Source: Oligoflexia bacterium
GTDB taxonomy: Bacteria > Bdellovibrionota > UBA1018
Reading direction: 5' to 3'
Length of the DNA: 64,000 bases
Assembly (NCBI GenBank): GCA_963758495.1
Contig: CAVWVI010000004.1
Location: forward strand, 471,587-535,586
Positions 19,692-29,273 of this stretch are shown here, one piece after another. The notes below the pieces were generated by a model. The model saw nothing but the letters and a program-made list of their open reading frames with translations. It ran no database searches and was not told the origin of the DNA. Within the stretch, counting starts at the first letter, position 1. Each line of letters starts with the position of its first letter. The translations under genes and the position numbers were made by a program.

Positions 19692-21086
19692 ATGTCAACA
19701 CACCGCGAAGAACACGATTCTTTAGGAAACGTGAAAGTCCCAGCTCATGTACTCTATGGAGCACAAACTTTGAGAGCAATCGAGAACTATCCCATTTCAG
19801 GTCGCACAGCTCATCCATCGCTCATTCGAGCTTACCTGCGAATTAAATCTGCAGCAGCCGCGGCAAATCTGAAATACCAAGTATTAGAAGCAAAGAACTC
19901 TCAACTCATCACTGAAGCCGTAGAAGAGCTTTTGAAATATCCTGAAAAAGACTGGCCACAAATATTTCCTGTTGATCCCTATCAAGCTGGCGCGGGTACG
20001 AGCCAAAATATGAATATAAATGAAGTAGTGGCAAACGTAGCCAATCGAATTGCAAACCACCCTCTTGGAAGCTACAGCCCGATTCACCCTAATGACCATG
20101 TCAATCGATCTCAATCAACCAATGACAGCTTTCCAACCGCAATGAGGTTGGCGATTTTAGAAACCTCAAAATCACTCTCCCAGGCACTCCATGAACTTTC
20201 GAAGGCTTTTAATGAAAAAGCGAAAAAGTGGCAGATGATTCCAAAATCAGCCAGAACCCATCTGCAAGATGCCGTACCGATGACTCTAGGTCAGGAATTT
20301 TCTGCATATAGTGTAACAATTGAAAAATGCGCTCAATGGATTGATGATGGCAGAAATGCGATCAGAGAATTAGGCATCGGCGGAAGTGCTGCCGGCACTG
20401 GCTTAACCGTTCCTAAAGGTTATGCTGAAACCATAGTCTCTGAACTGGAAAAACTCACAGGTGAAAAATTAAGGTTATCCAAAAATCTCTGTGAAGCCAT
20501 GCAATCTCAATCTCCAGTGACTTACTATTCATCCATGTTAAGACTGGTCGCAATTGAAATGACCCGAATCTGCAATGATCTTAGACTGATGGCATCAGGT
20601 CCTATGACCGGCTTAGCTGAAATTCTACTTCCTGCAGTACAGCCAGGCAGCAGCATTATGCCTGGCAAAGTAAATCCATCTATTCTCGAAATGGCGAACC
20701 AAACTTGGTTTTCTGTATTAGGTTATGATCAGACCGTGATTTTTTCAGGACAAGCCGGACAACTTGAACTCAATGTAATGATGCCTATTATGGCCTATTC
20801 TATGCTGGAAGCTACACATGTCGCAACTCACACCCTAGAAGTGTTAAGGAAGCGTTGCATTGTAGGACTTGAACCTAATGAACCCCGTCTCAAACGATAT
20901 TTCGAAAGCACACCTCAAACCGCAACTGCCCTCAGCCCAAAACTAGGGTATGAAAAGACGGCTAAATTAGTTTCGGAATCTCTAGAAAAAGGAATATCCG
21001 TGATTGATTTAGTACGCGAAAAAGGCTTAATCCCCGAGGAGGAGCTAAAATCTCTCTTGGACATCCGTGCTTTGACGGGACTTTAA
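19692..21086 (+). CDS. class II fumarase/aspartase family lyase, motifs closest to aspartate ammonia-lyase
   Basis: Signature GSSIMPGKVNPS, LRAIENYPISG and HPNDHVNRSQSTNDSFPT motifs; 464 aa. Confidence 0.8.
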   Translation: MSTHREEHDSLGNVKVPAHVLYGAQTLRAIENYPISGRTAHPSLIRAYLRIKSAAAAANLKYQVLEAKNSQLITEAVEELLKYPEKDWPQIFPVDPYQAGAGTSQNMNINEVVANVANRIANHPLGSYSPIHPNDHVNRSQSTNDSFPTAMRLAILETSKSLSQALHELSKAFNEKAKKWQMIPKSARTHLQDAVPMTLGQEFSAYSVTIEKCAQWIDDGRNAIRELGIGGSAAGTGLTVPKGYAETIVSELEKLTGEKLRLSKNLCEAMQSQSPVTYYSSMLRLVAIEMTRICNDLRLMASGPMTGLAEILLPAVQPGSSIMPGKVNPSILEMANQTWFSVLGYDQTVIFSGQAGQLELNVMMPIMAYSMLEATHVATHTLEVLRKRCIVGLEPNEPRLKRYFESTPQTATALSPKLGYEKTAKLVSESLEKGISVIDLVREKGLIPEEELKSLLDIRALTGL

Positions 21087-22103
21087 TTCATCATGGACGG
21101 AGATTTCAACATCATCCATTGAGTCTCCGTCTTCTTCAAATTCAAGTTCCGGTTTAGCATCAGAACTGCATCCAGGTTGACCAGGGCCATTACCAATTCG
21201 AATATGAAGATGGTTACCATGTCCCGGCATATGACGAATGAACCGTTGGTAAACTTTCCACTCAGGGTCTTTCATTGCAAATTTGGAAAGCGCCCGAATA
21301 TGGCGTCGATCTAAAAAAACCGCCTTAATACATGCAAAAGGATTCTTAAAAATCTTTTTCAAAAGCCACCAATTTGTGACCGAATCAAATTGACGATGGA
21401 ACTTGATAGGTGATGTACTGTTCTTATTCACAGTTAAAAAACCAATATCTGCATCTTGTCCTGAAGTATGAGAAGCATGCCCTTTTTTACAACCGCCTCT
21501 AGGAGCTGAGATATTTCCAATGACTAAATTCACGCCAGATAGAGAGGGGCCCGAGTAGTTTTTGCTAATTTCACGGCCTACCCACTCCAACATTCCAGCC
21601 ATCGCATCCGTACCAAAATTTAAGCATTTCTGAGGAGACTGAATGATGAGTCGGTTCACAGAACTCGGAATCACTCTACGACCATAAGCCAAAAAACCGT
21701 TATTTACAGTACAGTAAGCTTGATCACCCCGTTTACCCATTTCTTGTGTCAATAAGCTGAGAATATCTCCTAATTTACCCGATGTAGCGGCGGCAGAATA
21801 CTCCATCTGCTCCGCTGTCATTTCATCACAATAACTGGCTTTAATACGCTTCGGGGAACAGCGCCCTCCCTTTGACCGCTTCTTCCTTCCTGGCACTCGC
21901 GCCCTTCCACAGCACTTATTCCCATTAAAAATAAAATCGGGGCTCCATTTTGAGCAAAACTGTGGAGAAGGTTCAGATGAAAAAACCGGCTTCATGAACT
22001 CAGATTCGGGAGAACAAGGCGGAAAAATAGGCAAAGTTTCAGCCAAACGTGTCGCAGCCTGTGCTGACACGCATTGAAATAAAAGGATTAAAATTGAAAG
22101 CAC
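21045..22103 (-). CDS. LAS-family zinc peptidase, MepA-like murein endopeptidase, exported
   Basis: Signal peptide MLSILILLFQCVSAQA; metal-ligand motifs GHASHTSGQDADIGF and HGNHLHIRIG. Confidence 0.5.
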   Translation of the reverse strand: MLSILILLFQCVSAQAATRLAETLPIFPPCSPESEFMKPVFSSEPSPQFCSKWSPDFIFNGNKCCGRARVPGRKKRSKGGRCSPKRIKASYCDEMTAEQMEYSAAATSGKLGDILSLLTQEMGKRGDQAYCTVNNGFLAYGRRVIPSSVNRLIIQSPQKCLNFGTDAMAGMLEWVGREISKNYSGPSLSGVNLVIGNISAPRGGCKKGHASHTSGQDADIGFLTVNKNSTSPIKFHRQFDSVTNWWLLKKIFKNPFACIKAVFLDRRHIRALSKFAMKDPEWKVYQRFIRHMPGHGNHLHIRIGNGPGQPGCSSDAKPELEFEEDGDSMDDVEISVHDELKSRQSTDVQERF

Positions 22104-22162
22104 CTACTGACAATAAGAAGGAAATGGTTCAGAGTCAACCCTATCGTCAAAACTAACTATTC

Positions 22163-22585
22163 ATGATAGGGTCAAAAGTTTATAGGAAAATTCTATGCCA
22201 GACAGTAATGAACCCAACGAATATAATGACGAATATAATGACGAATATAATAATGAATAGTAATAGTAATAATAATAAAAATGACGAATATTATTACCTG
22301 AACCCAGAAGATGTGGATCCGGTTCGAATTAAGAAAGAACGAGAAAAAGCTCGAAAATTAAAAAAATCTCAATGGTGGCTCAGATTGCTCAATCAAGGCC
22401 TATGTCATTATTGTCAAAAAAAGTTTCCTTCCTCTCAATTGACGATGGACCATGTAGTCCCATTAGCTCGCGGTGGAGAAAGCAAGCCTGGAAATATTGT
22501 ACCCGCTTGTTCAGATTGTAATCGTAATAAAAAACTGGCCACCCCTGTGGACTTGCTTTTGAGAAAAATAGACGAGGAAAGTTGA
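22163..22585 (+). CDS. HNH endonuclease (small); N-terminal boundary uncertain
   Basis: HNH core CHYCQKKF...MDHVVPLARGG...NIVPACSDCNRNK; upstream part is AT-rich low complexity (NIMTNIMTNI), in-frame GTG near 22308 is an alternative start. Confidence 0.7.
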   Translation: MIGSKVYRKILCQTVMNPTNIMTNIMTNIIMNSNSNNNKNDEYYYLNPEDVDPVRIKKEREKARKLKKSQWWLRLLNQGLCHYCQKKFPSSQLTMDHVVPLARGGESKPGNIVPACSDCNRNKKLATPVDLLLRKIDEES

Positions 22586-22617
22586 GCAAGGAAAGTTGAA
22601 CGAGGAAAAGAATAGTC

Positions 22618-23640
22618 ATGCCTGAATCCAATCAAGGTTTTTTTTATGCGCTGACGCCGGATCGCGTATTAGATGCGGTAGAGACCTTCAACCTAAAATG
22701 CACGGGCCGCTGTATCACTCTGAATAGCTTTGAAAATCGAGTCTATGATGTCGAACTCGAAAGTGAAGAAGAATCATCTTTAAAACATTTAGCCGCTCAC
22801 AGAAGAATCGTGAAGTTTTATCGCCCAGAAAGATGGAGCCCAGAGCAGATTCTAGAAGAACATGAATTTTTAACCGACTTAAAAGAAGCAGAAATCCCTG
22901 TCATTTCTCCCTTACTTTTTCCTGATGAAAAAACCCTTCAATGCACTCCTGAAAGTAAAATCTGGTTTGCACTTTTTCCAAAAGTAGGAGGGCGAGCGCC
23001 TAGTGAACTTTCTGATGAACAATTGATTCGGGTCGGTCGCCTTCTCGGACGAATTCATAATGTAGGGGCTTCAAAAACTGCCAAGCATCGCTTTTCATTA
23101 ACACCGACTACTTATGGACATTCAAACCTTGATTTCCTACTCAGCGGAAATTGGATCCCTCTTGAATTTCAAAAAAGATATCAAACAGCGGTTGAAACGA
23201 TTTGCAAAACCAGTCAACCCTGGTTTGATGAAACACCCATCCAACGGATTCACGGAGATTGTCACTTAGGCAATCTTCTTTGGAATGATTCAGGTCCATT
23301 CTTTTTGGATTTTGACGACATGGTGATGGGCCCCGAGGTTCAAGACATTTGGCTACTCGTTCCAGGACGAGATCAGGAATCTCTTCTTCAAAGAGAAGTA
23401 TTATTAGAAGGCTATCGCGAATTTCGCAACTTCCCTTCGATTCACCTTAGGTTAGTGGAACCTCTTCGCGCCCTCCGATTTGTGCATTATTCTGCCTGGA
23501 TTGCCAGGCGATGGAGCGACCCCGCTTTTCCTCTCGCATTTCCTCAGTTCGGCTCACATGAATACTGGAGCAATGAAGTGAGAGACATGGAAGAACAGGT
23601 GCGGTTAGTGACGGAGATTTCTTCACTATCAGTTATTTAA
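22618..23640 (+). CDS. SrkA/RdoA (YihE)-like protein kinase, aminoglycoside-phosphotransferase fold
   Basis: Catalytic motif RIHGDCHLGNLLWNDSGPFFLDFDDM; 340 aa. Confidence 0.7.
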   Translation: MPESNQGFFYALTPDRVLDAVETFNLKCTGRCITLNSFENRVYDVELESEEESSLKHLAAHRRIVKFYRPERWSPEQILEEHEFLTDLKEAEIPVISPLLFPDEKTLQCTPESKIWFALFPKVGGRAPSELSDEQLIRVGRLLGRIHNVGASKTAKHRFSLTPTTYGHSNLDFLLSGNWIPLEFQKRYQTAVETICKTSQPWFDETPIQRIHGDCHLGNLLWNDSGPFFLDFDDMVMGPEVQDIWLLVPGRDQESLLQREVLLEGYREFRNFPSIHLRLVEPLRALRFVHYSAWIARRWSDPAFPLAFPQFGSHEYWSNEVRDMEEQVRLVTEISSLSVI

Positions 23641-23710
23641 AAACTAATGAACAGAGAATTGCGGCAATCAATCAAAAGTAATCACTAAAGCAACGGTTCA
23701 AGAACTTGGG

Positions 23711-25669
23711 TTACGGCAGAATCACAAGGCGAAAACCCAGATTCTCACTGCGGAGTACCGGCCACACCCACCCAACGCGCCCAGCCGGCCGACAGTCCTG
23801 GGCACCAGTGCCCCAGTCGCCGCCCCGAATGACACGGATAACGCCATAATTTGGCCCTTGCGGATCTTGAATAGGAATCAGAGTCCCATCCCTCCTTCGA
23901 GAGTTCCTTGAGTAAGATCCATACCACGAGTCAGACCACTCCAACACATTTCCTAATACGTCTTTCATTCCATAAGAGTTTACCGGTATTTCTGTAGTTC
24001 CTACCGGATGAACATGACCTCCAGAGTTCTCAAAATACCAAGCATATTTCCTGAGTTGAGTTAGATCGGTGCCCCATGGATAGGTAGTTTGAGTGATCTT
24101 CTTTTCGTCATAACTCAATCTCATATAATATTCCTGCTGAGCTTCCGTTGGAAGCTTCGCTCGAATCCCTTTTTTTTCCAGTTTTTGAATCACCTTTTGA
24201 GCGTCATCCCAATTCACATGTGTCATTGGACAAGTCAGACACTCCCTCCAGTTTGTAATCTCATGAGAGCCAGGATCTTCGCCTGTAATTTTATTCCACT
24301 GCTCCCGAGTCAGTTTCGTATCCATTACGAAAAAAGGGCTTAACTCTACCAGATGTTCCGTTTCACTATCGACTCGACCTCGGCGTCTTTCCTCTGCTGT
24401 GTCTGGAGTTCCCATCGTAAACCTTCCACCAGGAAGTGCCACAACATGAATTCCAAATTCCGCCAGCTTCTGGTTCATTCTCTTTTCTGGATTGTTCATG
24501 TCATCCAGGAAGTCATGCGCCGCCCGATGCCCTTGCTCGACCGCTTTCTTTAACCAATTCTTTGCTTGGGCTTCATCTCTAGGTACCTCAAACCCATCGG
24601 CATACATCACTCCAAGACCAAACTGGATCTGCATATCTCCCTCTTGAGCTGCCTTTAAACTGTCGCTCCAGTGCTTCTTGAGCCACTGAGATGCCAATTG
24701 AAAATCTTGAGCAATCCAATCATTCCCATGCAAATAAATTTTTACCAGTGCTCGCTCTGCTTCTGCTAAATGAGAAAAGTGTTCGTCATGGGCATTTTTC
24801 CATATTTGCACGAACTTTCGAAATCCACGGCGTTTCAAAGCTTCATGAGCCTGGGAGTTTCCACTTCTTGCGGCTTTCTCATACCATTCCGCCGCTTTCA
24901 CAAAGTCCTGAGGACACTCCTCCCCTTTTTCCATAGCTTGTCCCACTACAAATTGAGCTTCAGGATTTCCTGCTTCTGCCAGTTTCTCCGTAATCCGAAT
25001 TCCCTTCTTCAGAAATCTCTGGGCAACTTCAGGTAAACCCCTACTCTTAAATTCAGCCCCCTTCGCTATGTAAGCCTGACTGATTTCACCCAAACTCGCC
25101 ATTCGTTCCGATCCATTTCCTCCGTGCGGAATTTCACGAACCAAGTAAATAGAAATCGGATTCCCTTCCGTATGCAAAGTCATCATCGGATCAAAAATAT
25201 ATTCATATCCTGCAAAAGACCCATCCCACCGGACAGTGTCATCATGAATGCCTTCAAAAAGCTCACGCGTTTCCTGAGTTAACTTCACTGGATCAGCCGT
25301 TACGGGGTGAAGCGGAATCTTCTTTCCCTGCGACTCATCGCTTTGTGCTTGGACTAGCAACTTTTTACGATTATTTTGATCTCCTTGCCGCGTCCAAACA
25401 GAGAGTTCTCCCAGTCCAGTTCCCCTGACCTTCCAACCTTCAAAGTCATCTACATCAATCAAGACATCTGAGAAAAGCTGGACCACCGTTATTTCCGGAG
25501 CTTTAAGAGAAGAGTGACGGGCATGCGCACTTTGTGGGGTCGCAGTTGCTTGAGGCTCCGAACTTGAGGAGTTCTCAGCACCCATAGCGATCCCTGCCCA
25601 ACAAAATACACTCACGCCCAAAATCCCTAAGCCTCGGCAAATCAGTTTTATACCCATACTTCCCCTCAA
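23711..25669 (-). CDS. exported Sel1/TPR-repeat protein with C-terminal FGE-sulfatase (SUMF1-like) domain
   Basis: Signal peptide; Sel1-like repeats (AAEWYEKAARSGNSQAHEAL, AKNWLKKAVEQGHRAAHDFL); C-terminal RGGDWGTGAQDCRPAGRV...GFRLV. Confidence 0.65.
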   Translation of the reverse strand: MRGSMGIKLICRGLGILGVSVFCWAGIAMGAENSSSSEPQATATPQSAHARHSSLKAPEITVVQLFSDVLIDVDDFEGWKVRGTGLGELSVWTRQGDQNNRKKLLVQAQSDESQGKKIPLHPVTADPVKLTQETRELFEGIHDDTVRWDGSFAGYEYIFDPMMTLHTEGNPISIYLVREIPHGGNGSERMASLGEISQAYIAKGAEFKSRGLPEVAQRFLKKGIRITEKLAEAGNPEAQFVVGQAMEKGEECPQDFVKAAEWYEKAARSGNSQAHEALKRRGFRKFVQIWKNAHDEHFSHLAEAERALVKIYLHGNDWIAQDFQLASQWLKKHWSDSLKAAQEGDMQIQFGLGVMYADGFEVPRDEAQAKNWLKKAVEQGHRAAHDFLDDMNNPEKRMNQKLAEFGIHVVALPGGRFTMGTPDTAEERRRGRVDSETEHLVELSPFFVMDTKLTREQWNKITGEDPGSHEITNWRECLTCPMTHVNWDDAQKVIQKLEKKGIRAKLPTEAQQEYYMRLSYDEKKITQTTYPWGTDLTQLRKYAWYFENSGGHVHPVGTTEIPVNSYGMKDVLGNVLEWSDSWYGSYSRNSRRRDGTLIPIQDPQGPNYGVIRVIRGGDWGTGAQDCRPAGRVGWVWPVLRSENLGFRLVILP

Positions 25670-25879
25670 CCGTTATTATCGGTTGTCTCAAAACTAAGCT
25701 TGAGGACCATTGCAACCTCTCAATAACTTTAGGAAAACTTAGATGGAATTAGGCAAACGACCGATTGACAAAGGTATGGCTAAGCGAATTGCCAAGGACT
25801 TGAAGGTGGACTACCGTATATTTCTATAGATATTTTATTCCTAAACTCAACGCTTAACGAATTACGGTTATACCTACCC

Positions 25880-27058
25880 CTATCCCCTCAGAGGATGAAT
25901 TTCAAAATCCTTCTCAAAATAAGAATTTGCAGTGTGAGTTAAAATAAGAAGACGAAAAAGCTGATCCACTTTCTTTTGAAACGCATGAAGCGAGTCCATA
26001 TCACCGCGAGTAGTTACTTCCTGAGGTTGAATTTGAATAGCTAAACTTGCTGGAGAATTTCTTTTACCACCCCAATCAAAAATCAGTGGCACGCGAGAAG
26101 TTTTTTGATTTCTATAATAATAAACCTGAGGACGACCTAATCCTTGATTTTCAAAATACGCAAGTGCTTCAAAAAGCACATGGGTTCTAGCGACATTTGC
26201 TGGTGTTGCTCCTAAGTGACTCATGAACCCAGCATCGCATAAAGTGTAGAGAGCTTTTCCAACCCCACTTCGATGAGGTTCAATTCGATAAACGACCAAA
26301 ATAGCTTCTAAAGCTTTTAGATACCGCCCAATAACACGGGCGTCTTTTCTAAGTCTTTTCGCTAAATGAGCGAGTGTTGCTTCTTCTGCTTTGGCAATTT
26401 CCATCAGAATCGCCAGACCCAGTCCCCCGTCTAATTTCGAACCTTGAACTTGTTGTAGATCTCTGTAGCAGGTCGTTTCTAGCCACATATCACAAGAAAC
26501 GCTAAATTCGTTAGAATCACGTAAAAAACAAAGACCAGGCATTCCGCCTCGGGTTACTTTTTTTTCATATTCCTCAAGAGATAAAATAGCTTTACACTCT
26601 GCCTTCTTTGAAAAATAATTTCCGACTTCTTTTCCGTAGAGTTCCCGCAAAGTCATAGGATAAAGATGCAAAATCCCTATTCTTCCCGTCAAAGATTCTC
26701 TAATTCCTGTGAGTTTTGAAAACTCTGTGGAACCACTTATGACAAACATTCCAGGACGGCGATTCTGATCTACATGATATTTTATGGAATCAAAGAGATC
26801 TCCTGCTTTTTGAACTTCATCAATAATTTTAATTTTCTGGTCACTAGGCTCAGTAAATGCCTCGGGGGTATTTTGAGCTCGTGCTCTTTCAGTAAGAGAA
26901 TCTAACGTAATATATTTGCCGTCTATTTTTGGTAGCAAAAGGTCTCGTAATAAAACACTTTTTCCTGTTTGCCTTGCGCCCACCAATCCCACCACTGGCC
27001 AAAGTTTGAGTCTTTTTAATAAGATCGGGAGAATTTCTCGTTTTCTTTGATGCGGCAT
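25880..27058 (-). CDS. AAA+ ATPase of the DUF4143-type family, paralogue 1
   Basis: Walker A VGLVGARQTGKS, Walker B IIDEVQ; 392 aa; paralogous to 48517..49695. Confidence 0.7.
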   Translation of the reverse strand: MPHQRKREILPILLKRLKLWPVVGLVGARQTGKSVLLRDLLLPKIDGKYITLDSLTERARAQNTPEAFTEPSDQKIKIIDEVQKAGDLFDSIKYHVDQNRRPGMFVISGSTEFSKLTGIRESLTGRIGILHLYPMTLRELYGKEVGNYFSKKAECKAILSLEEYEKKVTRGGMPGLCFLRDSNEFSVSCDMWLETTCYRDLQQVQGSKLDGGLGLAILMEIAKAEEATLAHLAKRLRKDARVIGRYLKALEAILVVYRIEPHRSGVGKALYTLCDAGFMSHLGATPANVARTHVLFEALAYFENQGLGRPQVYYYRNQKTSRVPLIFDWGGKRNSPASLAIQIQPQEVTTRGDMDSLHAFQKKVDQLFRLLILTHTANSYFEKDFEIHPLRG

Positions 27059-27296
27059 TGAATCTCAGTATATCTTACCGATTTCTGCATGTATACGTAT
27101 AAATCAGTATGACATAAGAGTCCAAAAAGTATTTATATGTGTGTATTCAACTTTAAAATACGTTAAGTTTTAAGGTAGTTTGAAATCTTATTAAGTCCAA
27201 ATTTCCTTATAGATTCCGATTGGTTATGATTAAAACAGAGCAACCTGAGATTGAAAACCTCCGTCTTCCCGCCTAGGGCCAGTGGATGAACGTGGT

Positions 27297-27584
27297 CTAG
27301 CTGAATTTTATGTCGTGAATTACAGATTCTGCCAGTATATCCTTCAATAGTTTCATTGCCCCTAATCGCCGCGCAGCTGCACCTTCCGAATAGTGAAGCC
27401 CTCTTACCAAATAATCGAATAAAGTATTGAATCCCCTCTGTGCATGTAATCTGCGCCGACCGACTTCCTTGATATGATGCAACACTGCTAAAATTAATTT
27501 TCGCTCCTCTTGAGCAAGAGATTGGGTTTTTGAAAATAAGTCACTATCGGTCAGATTTCTTAAGTTTTGCATCGTAAAAATCAC
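27297..27584 (-). pseudogene. N-terminal remnant of an HNH-endonuclease-type gene (first ~95 codons only)
   Basis: Pattern LTDSDLFSKTQSLAQEERKLILAVLHHIKEVGRRRLHAQRGFNTLFDYLVRGLHYSEGAAARRL matches, from memory, the conserved N-terminus of long HNH proteins; ORF stops after 95 aa and only 240 bp remain before the next gene. Confidence 0.35.
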
Positions 27585-27882
27585 ATAACACGAAAATCCT
27601 CCATGACCTGGAAAATACTGATGAGTCCGAATTCAAGTCTCAAGGTCCAATTTCAACACGATTTGTTTCGCATTTTTTAGTCTCTACATGACCTGATTTT
27701 TGCACAAGTGAAACCCTATGCAATACTTCAGAGAATTACACATACAGATGCAGAAACAAGATTATTACCGAATACTTGGATTTTTTAGAAAAAGTAAATA
27801 AATTTAATAAATTACTTGACTATAATATTAAAAAAGAGTAGGTTGCTCCAAATTACTTTGGGTAAAAAAAGGGAAAGTTGTC

Positions 27883-29142
27883 ATGTTGAAAGAAATTTCA
27901 AAAATTAAAATAGTGTTAAAAGCAGTCTATTTAGCCCTATCACTAAGTAGTGTTGTTATAGGTGGTTGTGGCAAGAACTCAAGTGATACAATACATGACC
28001 CCACAAGAAAGGGCTTTACAGAAAATGGAAATTGCTCCCCTTCATTTGAAGCAACCTATAACCAATACTCCGTTTTCGGCGATTGGAAGGGCCATAAATA
28101 TAAATATGCCTACTTGAGCATTTCTGATGGGCTAGAATCTAATCTGACTGACGCTAAGAAAATAGTTCAACACTCCGACCAAGTTCTTTCAGAGGTCACA
28201 GACCTTAGAAATCAAGGAAGTTGCTATTCTAGAAAGAAATATAGACAGATCCATCCTCATACTGACCCCGACCTTACAGATGCCGTAAGTACGGCGCAAT
28301 CTCTTACTCAGAAATTGGCTCCGGTTATAAACTTTTCAAATGCTAGAGATGAGCTCAGTAAACATGTGGGTATTCGAATCTCCCCAATTCCACTTTATTC
28401 CTTTAAACTGGAAAAAATATTCGATGAAAATCATTTTAAAAATCAAAAGTTAAATCCTACATTAGGTGAAGTGATCTTGCGTATTGGCACTTACCGCAAC
28501 AATCTTACTCAGCTTGATGCAAGTAAGTTCCCTGAGGTCTGCTATAATTGCAACCCTCGCGAAGAAATAGAAAGAGTTAACTTTTTTACGAATGAATTAC
28601 TTAAAATGAGTGCGAGACACGCAAGCGATACTCCATTCTATACAGCATATCAGCAAGCCAGCAGTTACGGCACTGGCAATAGTTACGGCACTGGCAATAG
28701 TTACGGCACTGGCAATAGTTACGGCACTGGCAATAGTTACGGCACTGGCAATAGTTACGGCACTGGCAATAGTTACGGCACTGGCAATAGTTACGGCACT
28801 GGCAATAGTTACGGCACTGGCAATAGTTACGGCACTGGCAATATTAGGAGAAATTACGACAGAAGAGATCATCATAATAGCGATAATCATAATGACAATA
28901 ATAGAGGATATGGTTTTCCTTCAAGCTTGACTCCACACAAAGACAAATTGGTCGCTTACTTACGAGCACTCGATGGTAAATTTGGATATACTTGTAATCT
29001 CTCTTCAGGGTCGCCCTCTAAAGAGGAAGTACAATCCGCTGCCAGAAAAGCCGCTTTTAAATTACATCCTGACAAAGGCGGTAGTGAAGATGAGTTCAAA
29101 ACTTTTAATTATTTTTGGGATAAATTTAAAAATGAAACTTAA
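27883..29142 (+). CDS. lipoprotein-like protein with (SYGTGN)x10 tandem repeat and C-terminal J-domain-like segment
   Basis: N-terminal hydrophobic segment ending VIGGCGK (lipobox-like); ten identical hexapeptide repeats; C-terminal KAAFKLHPDKGGSEDEFKTFNYFWDKF resembles J-domain helix II-HPD-helix III. Confidence 0.6.
   Translation: MLKEISKIKIVLKAVYLALSLSSVVIGGCGKNSSDTIHDPTRKGFTENGNCSPSFEATYNQYSVFGDWKGHKYKYAYLSISDGLESNLTDAKKIVQHSDQVLSEVTDLRNQGSCYSRKKYRQIHPHTDPDLTDAVSTAQSLTQKLAPVINFSNARDELSKHVGIRISPIPLYSFKLEKIFDENHFKNQKLNPTLGEVILRIGTYRNNLTQLDASKFPEVCYNCNPREEIERVNFFTNELLKMSARHASDTPFYTAYQQASSYGTGNSYGTGNSYGTGNSYGTGNSYGTGNSYGTGNSYGTGNSYGTGNSYGTGNSYGTGNIRRNYDRRDHHNSDNHNDNNRGYGFPSSLTPHKDKLVAYLRALDGKFGYTCNLSSGSPSKEEVQSAARKAAFKLHPDKGGSEDEFKTFNYFWDKFKNET
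28663..28842 (+). repeat. 10 perfect tandem copies of the 18-bp unit AGTTACGGCACTGGCAAT, in frame inside the CDS
   Basis: Read directly from the sequence; all ten copies identical. Confidence 0.95.
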
Positions 29143-29273
29143 TAGCAAAAGAGATCCATCAAAAGATGAGTCTCGATAGCTGTAAAAGCTAAAACCTGTT
29201 ATTTATGGCATCTGATAAAGTACCCGACAATTACACTACTATTTCTGCAATGCAGATGATATTGTAGATTGAT

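Noticed and set aside
25741-25830. 29-codon ORF (MELGKRPIDKGMAKRIAKDLKVDYRIFL) between the Sel1/FGE gene and the first AAA ATPase
   Set aside because: Too short and without recognisable motif or RBS
25880-27058. The two paralogous 392-aa genes considered as IS-element transposases
   Set aside because: Both have P-loop Walker A/B motifs and no DDE or HTH-transposase motifs; no terminal inverted repeats seen at their ends
28663-28842. 18-bp tandem array considered as a CRISPR array
   Set aside because: Units are contiguous with no spacers, far shorter than CRISPR repeats, and in frame within a CDS
28597-28930. ORFs 28597..28890 (-) and 28610..28930 (+) encoding ASAVTI and VTALAI repeats
   Set aside because: Alternate-frame and antisense readings of the same 18-bp tandem repeat; the SYGTGN frame is continuous with a full-length gene
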